DNA from: an uncultured Acidobacteriota bacterium
GTDB taxonomy: Bacteria; Acidobacteriota; Thermoanaerobaculia; Gp7-AA8
Direction of reading: 5' to 3'
Assembly (NCBI GenBank): GCA_963741955.1
Contig: CAVUKB010000005.1
Coordinates: forward strand, 576,001 to 640,000
Length of the DNA: 64,000 bases
A program made the translations under genes and the position numbers. Of the stretch, positions 39,151-49,545 are shown in pieces (within the stretch, counting starts at the first letter, position 1; each line of letters starts with the position of its first letter). Under the pieces are notes generated by a model. It saw only the letters and a list, made by a program, of their open reading frames with translations. It ran no database searches and had not been told where the DNA came from.

Positions 39151-39732
39151 TCACATATTGCCGAGCTGCCGCAGTGAGGCAAACCGGTTCGCGCCGAGGA
39201 TCAGGTGATCGAGGACGTCGATGCCGAGGACCTTCCCCGCCTCGACGAGCTTCCGCGTGAAGAGGAGGTCCTCGCCGGACGGGGCGGGGTCGCCGGACGG
39301 GTGGTTGTGGAAGACGATGACCGCCGCAGCGTGGTCGTCGAGGGCGTGGCGGAAGATGTCGCGCGTCGACACCGTCGCACAATCAAGCGTGCCGACGTAG
39401 ATCTCGCGCTCGCGGACGATGCGGCTTCGCGCGTCGAGGTACACCGCGCCGACGCGCTCCTGCACCTGGTGCGCGTAGCGCGCGATTAACGTCCGCGCGA
39501 GCGCAACTGGGTCGCGGAGCGGACCGTTCGGCGAGTCCGTCGTCGACGCGATCCGCCGGCCCAGCTCGAGCGCCGCGGCGATTTTCGCCGCGGTCGCCGC
39601 GCCGACGCTCCCGCGCGCGCGGCTCCCGCCCCACTCGCGCCGCGCGAATGCCGGGAGGCCGTCGCGCACGAGGTCGCGGCCGAGCTCGAGGGCGTTCTTC
39701 TTACGGGTGCCGTTGCCGAGGATGACGGCGAG
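39151..39732 (-). pseudogene. radC: RadC/JAB domain protein, N-terminally truncated
   Basis: LAVILGNG...AAALELGRR...FHNHPSGDPAPSGED...VLDHLILG; no proper 5' end. Confidence 0.8.
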
Positions 39733-39735
39733 ACG

Positions 39736-40482
39736 ATTCCCGATGCCGTCGCACTCACGCCCGAGGAATTTCGTAGCGTGCTCGCCGTGGTTTCTCCACC
39801 TAACAAAAGGCGGTTCATTTTCGCGGTGACAACGCTGCTCCGAAGGACGCCCCTTTTCGCGCTGCAGGGCAAGTGGATCGATCTCGAGGCAGGACGGCTC
39901 CACGTAGCGGCGGCATATCAAATGAAAGGCCCGGCAAGGCGCCGGAGTCCGCTCGATGTCCCGCTTTCGCAGTGGAGCCTCGAGCAAGTACGGGATCTCG
40001 CTGCCGCGACGGATGGCTACCTCTGGCCGAATCCCGCGACAGGGATTCCGATGCGCTGGGTGGATGGTATTTTTCGCAGCGCCTTCGAGAAGGCGGGCGT
40101 ACGGCCCTTCAGCGCGCACGATCTCCGCACGACGGGCGCGAGCTGGCTCCGTGCCGCAGGAGTCGACGAGCTCGTCATCGTGATCCTACTCGGGCATCGA
40201 GGCTCGTTCGACGCTGGCGGGCAGACGCATCACGTGCGAAGCGCGGAAGTGACCCGGCAGTACACGAAGGTGTTCAATCGCGCACTCCAGGAGGCGGTCG
40301 CGGTGTTCGACACCTTGCGCCTCGAGATCGATCCGCCGGTGGCCGGCTGCGCAGAGGAAGGCGCCAATGAGAGCGCTCGTGAGAGTGCGCACGGCGTCGA
40401 TCTCACAAGCTATTGGACGGGCAGGAGTTACGGCGGGCAACTGGCGTCCCCAACGGGATTCGAACCCGTGTTGCCGCCGTGA
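39736..40482 (+). pseudogene. Tyrosine integrase, catalytic domain only
   Basis: ALTPEEF, TLLR, FSAHDLRTT, ILLGH, VTRQY; frame runs through the att core. Confidence 0.8.
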
Positions 40483-40517
40483 AAGGGCGGTGTCCTAGGC
40501 CTCTAGACGATGGGGAC
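40442..40517 (-). tRNA. tRNA-Glu (TTC)
   Basis: GTCCCCATCGTCTAGAGGCCTAGGAC...TTC...GGTTCGAATCCCGTTGGGGACGCCA cloverleaf with CCA. Confidence 0.97.
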
Positions 40518-40532
40518 GAAAAAATGTCTGGC

Positions 40533-40607
40533 TGGTGAGCCGGGCAGGGATCGAACCTGCGACCAATTGGTTAAAAGCCAACTGCTCTACCACTGAGCTA
40601 CCGGCCC
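40533..40607 (-). tRNA. tRNA-Lys (TTT)
   Basis: GGGCCGGTAGCTCAGTGGTAGAGCAGTTGGCTTTTAACCAATT...GGTTCGATCCCTGCCCGGCTCACCA. Confidence 0.97.
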
Positions 40608-40784
40608 GGAGCTTTCGACGAGCACGGCCCGTGCAACTTCCCGGCCGCGTCCGGAGCGGTGAAAAAATACGTGCCCCGAGCCCGCGTGTCAACCCGGAAG
40701 TGGCTAACCGAACGGTGCGTCACGACATTTCAGCGGCTCGTCCTTTTTTGCGTCGCGGCTGCTCCGATCCGGAGGAAATCCGCG

Positions 40785-42224
40785 TCAGCCCGTCTGGACC
40801 GGTTGCTCGAGCTCCCGCACCGCGACGTCGAGCATCCCGTCCACCTGATCCTGCACCGGGCTTTCGCAGTAGATGCGGATCAGAGGCTCGGTGCCCGATT
40901 TCCGGAAGAGAATCCACGAGCCGTCTTCGAAGTTGAGCTTCACGCCATCGAGCGATTCGCGCCGGGTCATCGGCATCCCGAACGCGTTGTCGAGATCGCC
41001 GCGCTCGACGCGGAAGAGGAAGTGCTCGATCGCGGTGCGCGGCTCGTGGAGGTCGCGCCGGTCGTAATGAGCTGCCCCGAACTCCTCTTCCATCAGCGAG
41101 ACCACGCGCGAGAGGGGCTCTCGCCTCTCGGCGAGGCACTCCGCAACCAGAAGGCCGGAAAGGATGCCGTCGCGCTCCGGAAGGAACGCGCCGAAGCCGA
41201 TCCCTCCGCTCTCCTCTCCACCCAGCAGCACCCCGTTCTCGAGCATCAGGTCGACGATGTATTTGAATCCGATCTTCGTTTCGTGCAGCCGGACGCCGAG
41301 AGCGGTAGCGATCTTTTCGATCAACCGGGTCGTGGAGAACGTCTTGACCAGATCCCCTCGCATTCCTTTGTCGCGCACCAGATAGAGCGCGAGGAGTGAA
41401 AGGATCTGGTGCGGTGAGACGAAGCGTCCCCCCTCGTCGATCACGCCGAGACGGTCGGCATCTCCGTCGTTGCAGATCGCGAGGTGGTATTCGCCACGCG
41501 CCATCAGTCTGAGGGTGACGCCGAGGTTCTCCGGAATCGGTTCGGGATTCACTCCGCCGAAGGCCGGATTCACGTCCGCACGGATGGTCCGAACGCTCAC
41601 GGTCTTCCCCAACTCGCGCACCGGACCGTCGAGGTGGAGGATGCGGGCGACCAGCGGGGAGCCTGCGCCGTGGATCGGGTCGTGGAGGATCCGCAGTCCG
41701 GACTCACGAATCTTCTCGACGTCGACGATCTCCCGGACCGCGTCGACGTATGGAGTGAGGATGTCTTCCTTGGTGACCGAGCCGCCGCCGCGGCGGTCTT
41801 CCATCCCGAGGCTCTCGGAGATCTTCTCGTACATGCTGGGAAGCGCGGAGCCGCCGTACCACCCTTTGAATTTGATGCCGTTGTAGACGGCGGGATTGTG
41901 GCTGGCGGTGATGATCACCCCGCCGAGAAGCTTCCGGCTCTTCACAGCGTGGGAAACGGTCTGCGAAGGGGTCGGAGCGTCGGAGAGGATCACGTCGTAG
42001 CCGGCCTTGCTGAGCGTCAGAGCGGCTTCGTATGCGAAATCGGCGGAGAGAAAACGACGGTCGTACCCGACGACCAGACGATTCGCGTCGACACCGTCCG
42101 GCGCTTCGAATTCACGCGCCGCCAGACCGATCGCGTCCGCGACCCGCCTCACATTTTCGAACGTGAAGCGGTCCGCGATGACCGCACGCCAGCCGTCGGT
42201 GCCGAACTGAAATTCATCCCGCAT
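40785..42224 (-). CDS. Phosphoglucomutase/phosphomannomutase family protein
   Basis: FGTDGWR, ITASHNP, DGDADR, GGEESGG, RKSGTEP. Confidence 0.93.
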   Translation of the reverse strand: MRDEFQFGTDGWRAVIADRFTFENVRRVADAIGLAAREFEAPDGVDANRLVVGYDRRFLSADFAYEAALTLSKAGYDVILSDAPTPSQTVSHAVKSRKLLGGVIITASHNPAVYNGIKFKGWYGGSALPSMYEKISESLGMEDRRGGGSVTKEDILTPYVDAVREIVDVEKIRESGLRILHDPIHGAGSPLVARILHLDGPVRELGKTVSVRTIRADVNPAFGGVNPEPIPENLGVTLRLMARGEYHLAICNDGDADRLGVIDEGGRFVSPHQILSLLALYLVRDKGMRGDLVKTFSTTRLIEKIATALGVRLHETKIGFKYIVDLMLENGVLLGGEESGGIGFGAFLPERDGILSGLLVAECLAERREPLSRVVSLMEEEFGAAHYDRRDLHEPRTAIEHFLFRVERGDLDNAFGMPMTRRESLDGVKLNFEDGSWILFRKSGTEPLIRIYCESPVQDQVDGMLDVAVRELEQPVQTG

Positions 42225-43554
42225 TCCCTTCCCCACTCCTCAGCTCCGTCACCGTCACGAATCGGAACCCGCGGTCACGGAATCTTTCGATCATCTCCGG
42301 CAGAGCATTCTCGACCCGGGTCCCCTCATCCCGATCCGTTCCAAGATGCATCAGGATGATCCCGCCGTTCAGCGTGGTGTGGTTCGCCACATCGAATGAC
42401 AGCATGCGGCTGGCCACTTCTTCGGGTGAATGATAGAGAGGCGACTGCCGATCCACCACCCAGTCGAGCGAGTCGAGATTGTACCTCCGACCCCGCGTCC
42501 ATCCTACATGGAGGTATCCCAGCTCCGCCGCCCAGCCTCGGATCTCGCTGTTCTCCTCTCCGAAAGGAGCCCGCCAGTAGTGCGACATCTCGTGCCCGGT
42601 CAGGGCGTGGAAAGCGTCAGCGGTCCTTCGAAGCTCGTCCTGTAGTCGCTCCCGCGTCATTCCGGGGAGAGTCCGCTGGCGCCGGTTCTGCGCGAAGGTG
42701 GTCAGGTGCGGGTGGTCCCAGGTGTGGTTTCCCACCTCGTGACCGTCTTCGACGATCCGCTTCACGATCGCGGGATACTTGCGAATGAACTGGCCGGTGA
42801 GGAAGATCGTAGTCCGGATGTGATTCGCTCGCAGAACGTCGAGGATCTGCAGCGCTCCCTCATCGTTCGACCCCGCGTCGAAGGAGAGGACGATCGACCT
42901 CTCGTCTTTCGAACCGCGAGTGAGGCTCTCCACGAACTGCGCCTTGTTGGACCGGACCGACTCGCGCGCGATCGCCAGGTCGAGCTGCGGCGACGAAAGG
43001 CTCGAGGGATTCGGCACGAACGACGCGGTCTTCAGGTCGCTGCTGGAGACTGCGGCGACCGAGAAGCTCGCAGAATTCGTCTCCAGCGGGAGCCGGAAGG
43101 AGAACCTTCCGTCGGGAGAGGTCGTCGCGGTCCTGATCGCCTTTCCGTCGCGAAGGAGAAAGATCAACGCACCCGCGGTGCCGGTCCCGCTGATGGTCAT
43201 GGAGTCCTGACCCTCGTCCATCGAATCGATCTTCGCCACGACCGGCGTCGCTCTGCTGTAGATCGTGTATCCGAAGACCGAGCCTTCGAGCTCCGCGGTG
43301 GCCTGCAGGACGAGGAGAATGATCGGCAGGAGTGCGCATACCACGACGATGGCGAAGGTGTGCAGCGGCACCGCTCTCCTGGCGAGCTCGCGCATCCGCC
43401 GGCCCATCTCCGTGGCTCGGAATCGCAGCCAGCAGTTGCGGCTGCAGAAGATATGGTGATCCCTGCGGAAGTAACAATCGATACAGATGATCTCTCTGCA
43501 CCTGAAGCACTTCCGCCGCGCCGCTTTTTCAGGATGCCTGTGGCAGGCCGTCAT
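42214..43554 (-). CDS. Polysaccharide deacetylase (NodB/CE4) with N-terminal B-box-like Zn finger and TM helix
   Basis: LSFDAG, HEVGNHTWDHP, WRAPFGE, IILMH; N-terminal CHRH...CFRC...CIDC...CSRNC. Confidence 0.85.
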   Translation of the reverse strand: MTACHRHPEKAARRKCFRCREIICIDCYFRRDHHIFCSRNCWLRFRATEMGRRMRELARRAVPLHTFAIVVVCALLPIILLVLQATAELEGSVFGYTIYSRATPVVAKIDSMDEGQDSMTISGTGTAGALIFLLRDGKAIRTATTSPDGRFSFRLPLETNSASFSVAAVSSSDLKTASFVPNPSSLSSPQLDLAIARESVRSNKAQFVESLTRGSKDERSIVLSFDAGSNDEGALQILDVLRANHIRTTIFLTGQFIRKYPAIVKRIVEDGHEVGNHTWDHPHLTTFAQNRRQRTLPGMTRERLQDELRRTADAFHALTGHEMSHYWRAPFGEENSEIRGWAAELGYLHVGWTRGRRYNLDSLDWVVDRQSPLYHSPEEVASRMLSFDVANHTTLNGGIILMHLGTDRDEGTRVENALPEMIERFRDRGFRFVTVTELRSGEGNAG

Positions 43555-43560
43555 TCATGG

Positions 43561-44040
43561 TTATTGTACAGTGCTCGTCTTCCTGTCGAGCCTGACACCT
43601 TCGGGACCTCCGCGGATCACGAATCGCGAATTACGATCCGGCTGGGGGGCACCACTGATCATCGGCTCGCCGGACGATGCGAATCCGGCCGGCTCCGAAT
43701 CGGGCTGGAGGTCTTCCGGGGTCGCGCCGAGGATCTGTTCCCGTCGCGCTGCGTCGAGCGAAAGCGGATCGACCGTAGAGGTCTCCGGAATCGCCTGCGG
43801 CGCCTCCTCCGTGACGATCACTTCCGGGGGATGCGAGGGTACGGTCGTCGTCGCAGCGACCCGCTGATTCCAGAGGCGCCCGCTCCGGTGATCCGCAGGA
43901 CCGCGGAACTCCTCGAAAAGAGAGAGAGCCGCGAAACCGACTGTGACCACGAGCAGCAGCCAGCCGAAGTTCTTCAGCGTCACGATGCGGCGTCGTCTCC
44001 TCCGGTCGGGAAGGCGTCTGAGTTCTCTTCGTCCAAGCAT
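43561..44040 (-). CDS. Hypothetical membrane-anchored protein
   Basis: Basic N-terminus plus one TM helix; co-oriented with the deacetylase. Confidence 0.55.
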   Translation of the reverse strand: MLGRRELRRLPDRRRRRRIVTLKNFGWLLLVVTVGFAALSLFEEFRGPADHRSGRLWNQRVAATTTVPSHPPEVIVTEEAPQAIPETSTVDPLSLDAARREQILGATPEDLQPDSEPAGFASSGEPMISGAPQPDRNSRFVIRGGPEGVRLDRKTSTVQ

Positions 44041-44281
44041 TTGCGGGCTCTCCTGATGAGTTTTACTCCAAATAACATGCCAACCCGGGTGTTTTCCTCA
44101 GCTTGCGAAGAAGAATCGCACATGCCCCCAACTCTTTGAGCCCCCAAGAGATCGATCTTCGGCCTCGCACGATCGAGTGGGCGTCGGAAGCCGGATGCGG
44201 CCCGAGTCTTACAGTGTCCCATCCGCCCTCCCACTTCGCCTTCCGCCTTCCGCATTCCGGCACGGCGACGCCGCAAACGAA

Positions 44282-44307
44282 ACGAGCCGGCCCGAAGGCC
44301 GGCTCGT
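44282..44307. terminator. Hairpin after pnp
   Basis: ACGAGCCGGCC-CGAA-GGCCGGCTCGT perfect stem. Confidence 0.7.
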
Positions 44308-44333
44308 CTTTTCTGCCGTCGATTTCCGTTGGA

Positions 44334-46598
44334 TCAGCGGCCGCCGTGGCCGCCATGGCCACTGTGACCGCCGCGTCCGCCGCCACCGCCGCCGGGGCCG
44401 CGCCGCCCACCGCCGCCGGGGCCGCGACGATCCGGGCCGCGTCCGCCACCACCCTCGCGGGGGCTGCTCCGATGCTGCTCGGCGTCCTGCTGCATCTGCT
44501 GCTGCTCCTCCTCGGTGGGAGGGGGAAGCAGAGGCTTGCGCGAGAGCCGGATCTTGTTCGTATCGGGATCGATCTCCACGACCTGAACGTCGACCTGATC
44601 TCCGAGCTGGTAGAAGTCGGTCACGGACCGGACGCGCGTATGCGCGATCTCGGAGATGTGGAGCAGACCGTCCTGCCCCGGAAGGATCTCGATGAACGCG
44701 CCGTACGGCTCGATCCTCTTGACCGTTCCGTGGTAGGTCTTGCCGATCTCGGGGGACGCAGTCAGACCCTTGATGATCTCGATCGCCTTCTCCGCGGATT
44801 CCTGATCCGAAGAGGCGATGGTCACCGTTCCGTCGTCTTCGACCTCGATCTTCGTCCCGGTCTCTTCGACGATCCAGCGGATCGTCTTTCCACCGGAGCC
44901 GATCACGTCGCGGATGCGGTCCTTCGGAATGTGCACGGTGTAGAGCCGCGGTGCGTACTCGGAGAGCTCCGCACGCGGGGACTCGATGACCGCCTTCATC
45001 TTTCCGAGGATGAAGAGCCGTCCCTGCCGCGCCTGCTCCAGCGCCTTCCCCATGATCTCGCGGGAGATTCCGCTGATCTTGATGTCCATCTGGAGCGCCG
45101 TGATGCCGCTTTCGGATCCGGCGACCTTGAAGTCCATGTCGCCCTCGTGATCTTCGAGACCGGCGATGTCGGTGAGGATCACCGCGCGATCGCCGCCTTT
45201 GATCAGTCCCATCGCCACACCGGCGACCGGAGCTCCCACCGGAACACCGGCGTCCATGAGCGCCAGCGAACCGCCGCAGACCGAGGCCATCGACGACGAG
45301 CCGTTCGACTCGAGAATGTCCGAGACGCAGCGGATGGTATACGGGAAATCGGCATCCGCCGGGAGAAGGGGCTCGAGAGCACGACGGGCGAGATTTCCGT
45401 GTCCGATCTCACGCCTCGCGGGACCGCGCATGAACTTCACTTCACCGACCGAGAACGGCGGGAAGTTGTAGTGGAGCATGAAGCGCTGGAAGGTCTCGCC
45501 TTCGAAGTCCTCGATCTTCTGGGCTTCCTGAGGGGTGCCGAGGGTGACCGTGACCAGAGCCTGGGTCTCGCCGCGGGTGAAGATGGCGGACCCGTGGGTT
45601 CTCGGAAGAACGCCGACCCGGATGTCGATCGGACGGATCTCGTCGGGCTTGCGCCCGTCGGGACGGGTCTGGTCGACAGTGATCAGATCGCGGAAGACTT
45701 CCTTCTCCATTTCGGCGAAGGCGGCCTTGCGCGCTTCGATCTCCTCGAGGTTGTCGGTCTCGACACCTTCGACGAACTTCGCTGCGACCGCATGAGCGGC
45801 CTCGCGGCGCGCCTGCTTACCCTGGGTGAGCAATGCTGCGCGGAGGTCCGCACCGAACTTCCCCTTCAACTCCGCGTAGAGCTGTTCGGAGTACTTCGGC
45901 GCCCATTTCACTTCGAGCTTCGGTTTTCCAGCCTCTTCGCGAAGAGCGAGCTGGAGGTCGCAGAGGTGGCGGATCTCTTCGTGAGCGCGCTCGAGAGCGT
46001 CGAGCACGAGGCTCTCACTGACTTCGCGCGCTCCCGCTTCGACCATCACGATCGCGTCTTTCGTTCCCGCGACGACCAGGTCGAGGTCCGACAGGTCGCG
46101 CTTCGAATTGGTCGGGTTGACCACCAGCTCGCCGTCGATCACGCCGATGCGGACTGCCGCGATCGGATTCGGGAACGGGATCTCCGAGACCACGAGGGCA
46201 GTCGAAGCCGCGTTGATCGCCAGAATGTCCGGATCATTCTCGCCGTCGGCAGAGAGCACGAGGGCGATGATCTGTGTCTCGTTCCGGTAGCCTTTGGTGA
46301 ATGAAGGACGAAGCGGACGATCGATCAGACGCGAGGTGAGGACTTCCTTTTCGGTCGGCCTTCCTTCGCGTTTGAAGAATCCGCCGGGGATCCTTCCGCC
46401 GGCGTACGTGTATTCCTTGTAGTCGACGGTCAGGGGCATGAAGTCGCCCAGCACTGCTCCCTCGCGATAACAGGCCGTCGCCAGGACGACCGTGTCACCG
46501 TAACGAATCCAGCATGCGCCATTCGCCTGCTTCGCGACCACACCAGTCTCGAGCGAGAGTGTTCTCCCGCCGATTTCGATTTCTTTTCTGTACACCAT
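44334..46598 (-). CDS. pnp: Polyribonucleotide nucleotidyltransferase
   Basis: RIPGGFFKREG, FTRGETQ, ESNGSSSMAS, DMDFKVAG, KH and S1 domains. Confidence 0.97.
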   Translation of the reverse strand: MVYRKEIEIGGRTLSLETGVVAKQANGACWIRYGDTVVLATACYREGAVLGDFMPLTVDYKEYTYAGGRIPGGFFKREGRPTEKEVLTSRLIDRPLRPSFTKGYRNETQIIALVLSADGENDPDILAINAASTALVVSEIPFPNPIAAVRIGVIDGELVVNPTNSKRDLSDLDLVVAGTKDAIVMVEAGAREVSESLVLDALERAHEEIRHLCDLQLALREEAGKPKLEVKWAPKYSEQLYAELKGKFGADLRAALLTQGKQARREAAHAVAAKFVEGVETDNLEEIEARKAAFAEMEKEVFRDLITVDQTRPDGRKPDEIRPIDIRVGVLPRTHGSAIFTRGETQALVTVTLGTPQEAQKIEDFEGETFQRFMLHYNFPPFSVGEVKFMRGPARREIGHGNLARRALEPLLPADADFPYTIRCVSDILESNGSSSMASVCGGSLALMDAGVPVGAPVAGVAMGLIKGGDRAVILTDIAGLEDHEGDMDFKVAGSESGITALQMDIKISGISREIMGKALEQARQGRLFILGKMKAVIESPRAELSEYAPRLYTVHIPKDRIRDVIGSGGKTIRWIVEETGTKIEVEDDGTVTIASSDQESAEKAIEIIKGLTASPEIGKTYHGTVKRIEPYGAFIEILPGQDGLLHISEIAHTRVRSVTDFYQLGDQVDVQVVEIDPDTNKIRLSRKPLLPPPTEEEQQQMQQDAEQHRSSPREGGGGRGPDRRGPGGGGRRGPGGGGGGRGGHSGHGGHGGR

Positions 46599-46774
46599 GG
46601 TTCCTCTCTGCGCAGTCCACTCATCAACGTGCGCAAGTCGTTCCTGTCTCAGGGCCTGAGGTGGCCGGAGGTCATCCTTGTGCGGCCTTGACGAACGGAT
46701 CCTGCTTCAGAATTGCAGGTGAGGGCTGAACGGCCCTTTCGCGCTCGTACCGCGGTCAACCTGGAGGGGGGAAG

Positions 46775-47041
46775 CTACTTGCGAATTCCGAGTCGCTCGA
46801 TCAGCGTGCGGTACCGCTCCACGTCCGTCTTCTTCAGGTAATCGAGAAGCCGACGGCGGCGACCGACGAGCTTGAGGAGTCCCCGCCGGCTGTGGTGATC
46901 CTTTGCGTGCGATTTGAAATGCTCGGTCAGGTAGCTGATCCGGTTCGACAGGAGCGCGATCTGCACTTCCGGCGAGCCGGTGTCGGACTCGTGAGTCCGA
47001 TACTCCGTGATGATGCCCTGCTTTTCCTTGACGTTCAGCAA
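46775..47041 (-). CDS. rpsO: 30S ribosomal protein S15
   Basis: [15 protein letters not shown]...[10 protein letters not shown]; TTG start after AGGAG. Confidence 0.96.
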   Translation of the reverse strand: MLNVKEKQGIITEYRTHESDTGSPEVQIALLSNRISYLTEHFKSHAKDHHSRRGLLKLVGRRRRLLDYLKKTDVERYRTLIERLGIRK

Positions 47042-47235
47042 ACCAGTGTTCTCCTTCTGAAACTCCGAAATATTCATTCCATTCAAGTCGTGACAATCTA
47101 ACAGCGGGTCGGGCCAAAATCAATCCCGAACGGCGGAAATTCTTTGCGACAGCGTGACTTACGCGGATCGACGATCCGGGCTTCGGCCGAGGTTTCGCCA
47201 CCCCTCCAGGCCGCGGCCGACCCCCCTCGAGAGCC

Positions 47236-48144
47236 TCAGAGCACCACCCGGGGCTGGAGCGAGACGACTCCCCTCTCCCCCACCACATCCACCGCCTCGG
47301 CTAGGCCCACGATCTCATCTCCGGTGTTCGTGATGCAGACCAGATCTCCCCGGTTCAGGGGCTCTTCGGCGCGAGTGACGATGGTCTGCCCGCTCATCAG
47401 CTTCCGTTCCTGCATCGGATCGACCATCACGAACGGCAGAGGCATCGGGATGTCCTGCATGCCGCGGAAGTGTGGAACGCGGAAGAGATCTTCGTCTGCC
47501 GCCTCTCTGATCGAATCGGACGGCATGGCCTCCTCCACCGTCAGAGGACCCACCGCGGTCCGGCGCAGCGATTTGAGGTGCGCGCCGGTCCCGGTCATCT
47601 TTCCCAGCTCGTCCGCGATCGACCGGACGTACGTTCCGGCGGAACAGCGAACCCGGAACCTGGCGACCGAACCTTCGACCGCGAGAATGGTCAGCTCCCG
47701 GACCGAGACCCGTTTCGGCTTCAGGTCGGCCCGCTCTCCTCTCCGCGCAAGCTCGTATGCCCTTACCCCTCCGACCTTCTTCGCCGAGAACTGCGGCGGC
47801 ATCTGCTCGATCTCTCCGGTCAGCTTCGCCACCAGAGGAGAGAAATCGACCGATCCGACATCGGCCGGAGTTTCTTCTCCGACCGGAGCTCCCGCTGCAT
47901 CGAAACTGTCAGTCGCCCAGCCGAACTGAATCTCGCCTTCGTACGTTTTCTCGAAGCTCATCAGGTACGACTGGAGCCTGGTGACCTTCCCCACGCAGAG
48001 CACGAGGAGACCGGTGGCGAGAGGGTCGAGCGTGCCGGCATGCCCGACGCGTTTGACGCGCGTCCGCCTCCGGAAAAGATCGACCACGTCGTGAGAGGTC
48101 AGTCCGGTGGCTTTGTCGACGAGGAGAAGGCCGTCTCTGGTCAT
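47236..48144 (-). CDS. truB: tRNA pseudouridine(55) synthase
   Basis: GHAGTLDPLATG, CSAGTYVRS. Confidence 0.95.
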   Translation of the reverse strand: MTRDGLLLVDKATGLTSHDVVDLFRRRTRVKRVGHAGTLDPLATGLLVLCVGKVTRLQSYLMSFEKTYEGEIQFGWATDSFDAAGAPVGEETPADVGSVDFSPLVAKLTGEIEQMPPQFSAKKVGGVRAYELARRGERADLKPKRVSVRELTILAVEGSVARFRVRCSAGTYVRSIADELGKMTGTGAHLKSLRRTAVGPLTVEEAMPSDSIREAADEDLFRVPHFRGMQDIPMPLPFVMVDPMQERKLMSGQTIVTRAEEPLNRGDLVCITNTGDEIVGLAEAVDVVGERGVVSLQPRVVL

Positions 48145-48191
48145 GTCTGAATTTTCGATTTCCTGGATCTGAGCGCGGCCCGGCCGCTGCG

Positions 48192-49172
48192 TCAGACGAT
48201 CTCTCCGAGGATCGAAAGGAGCTTCGTTTTCGCCTCGTCGAGAGGAAGCGGGATCAAACAGCCGGCAGCGGCCTTGTGCCCTCCGCCGCCGAACATCGCC
48301 GCGACCGCCTGGACGTCGACTCCCGGTTTCGCACGCATGGAGACCCGCGTTCCGCCATCCGCTTCCTTCAGAAGGGCGGAGACGAGAACGCCATCGATGG
48401 TCCGGCCGTAGTTGACGATGCCTTCCGAGTCTTCCGGCGTTGCACCCGCCTGGTCGAGAAAACCCTTCGGCATCTGGAGAGCCGCGATCTTCCCGTCCGC
48501 TACGATCTCCATCGTGTTCAGACAGAGCCCGAGCAGACGGATCGATGCCGGCGAGACGCTCTCGTTCAGCCAGAGCGAGATCTCCCCCGGATCTGCACCC
48601 TCGCGGACCATTCTCTCCGCGGCCTCGAAGGTTCGGAGTGTGGTGTTGGTATAGCGAAAGAAGCCGGTGTCACTCGCCAGGGAGACGTACATCGCCGTCG
48701 CGATATCCGCGTTCATCGGCGCACCGAGAACGTCGTTGAGCCGAAGCACCATCTCGCCAACGGACGGCGCTTCCATATCGAGGTAGTTGATCTCTCCGTA
48801 CATGGTGTTGCCGAGATGGTGGTCGATGTTGATCACCGGCCCCGGAAGGATGGGATAGCCGGTCCGTTCGTGCTCGGGGCACTCCATGGTGAAGAGCGCG
48901 TCGTAACCGTCGGGATAGTCGGACGGGAGCTCGTCGGCGATGCGGACGTCCTCCGTCCCGGGAAGATTTCCGAGCGGCTTTCCAAACGGGTCGCGGACCA
49001 CCACCTCTGCGTCCTTCCCCAGGTTGCGAAGAAGTCCGCGAAGCGCGAGGGCACTGCCGATCGCGTCGCCGTCGGGGTTACGGTGTGCGGTGATGAGAAA
49101 TCGTTTGCCTTCGCGGACGCGCGTCGCGATCGCCCTGCAGGCCTCTTCAGGAGTCATTTCGGTCTTCGGCAT
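48192..49172 (-). CDS. nrnA: DHH family phosphoesterase (NrnA-like)
   Basis: HRNPDGDAIGS, IDHH, SDTG, GGGGHKAAAG. Confidence 0.88.
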   Translation of the reverse strand: MPKTEMTPEEACRAIATRVREGKRFLITAHRNPDGDAIGSALALRGLLRNLGKDAEVVVRDPFGKPLGNLPGTEDVRIADELPSDYPDGYDALFTMECPEHERTGYPILPGPVINIDHHLGNTMYGEINYLDMEAPSVGEMVLRLNDVLGAPMNADIATAMYVSLASDTGFFRYTNTTLRTFEAAERMVREGADPGEISLWLNESVSPASIRLLGLCLNTMEIVADGKIAALQMPKGFLDQAGATPEDSEGIVNYGRTIDGVLVSALLKEADGGTRVSMRAKPGVDVQAVAAMFGGGGHKAAAGCLIPLPLDEAKTKLLSILGEIV

Positions 49173-49545
49173 TCTCGTCCCCCTCTTCCGGCGATTCGCT
49201 CTTCACACCGAGCTCGCGAAGTTTCTTTTCGATCGAGATCGCCTGCTCGGCGGTCCGGTCGAGGTGAAACTCCAGCTCGGGCATCCGCCGGAGCGACGAG
49301 CGCTGCGCCAGAAGATGCCGGAACTTCGGCCTCACTCCCTGCAGTCTCGAAATGGCCTCCTGCTGCTTCGCCTGGTCGCCGAAGACGCTGACGTAGATCC
49401 GGGCCACCTTGAGATCGGTAGAGATCTCGACGTCCGTGACCGTCACGAATCCGAGCTTCAGCTCGGCGAAATCGCGAAGCAGAAGGTCGGAGACGGCGGC
49501 GCGCATCTGATCTCCGATCTGCGTGGTTCTTCGAGTCTTCTTCAT
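49147..49545 (-). CDS. rbfA: Ribosome-binding factor A
   Basis: VTVTDVEISTDLKVARIYVS, RMPELEF; position after infB. Confidence 0.93.
   Translation of the reverse strand: MKKTRRTTQIGDQMRAAVSDLLLRDFAELKLGFVTVTDVEISTDLKVARIYVSVFGDQAKQQEAISRLQGVRPKFRHLLAQRSSLRRMPELEFHLDRTAEQAISIEKKLRELGVKSESPEEGDENAEDRNDS

Larger units (their letters stand above)
21461..40474. mobile_element. tRNA-Glu-integrated genomic island (defence island, degenerate integrative element)
   Basis: 33-bp direct repeats, tyrosine integrase remnant next to the tRNA, radC, R-M, CBASS, relaxase-like remnant. Confidence 0.92.

Noticed and set aside
39151-39732. RadC JAB domain as the Cap3 isopeptidase of the CBASS
   Set aside because: It is 12 kb away, truncated, and radC is a routine passenger of integrative elements; single-E2 CBASS does not need Cap3
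39733-40119. 322-aa full-length RadC as called in the ORF track
   Set aside because: Its N-terminal part is just the antisense of the integrase remnant
21461-40474. Prophage
   Set aside because: No capsid, terminase, tail or lysis genes
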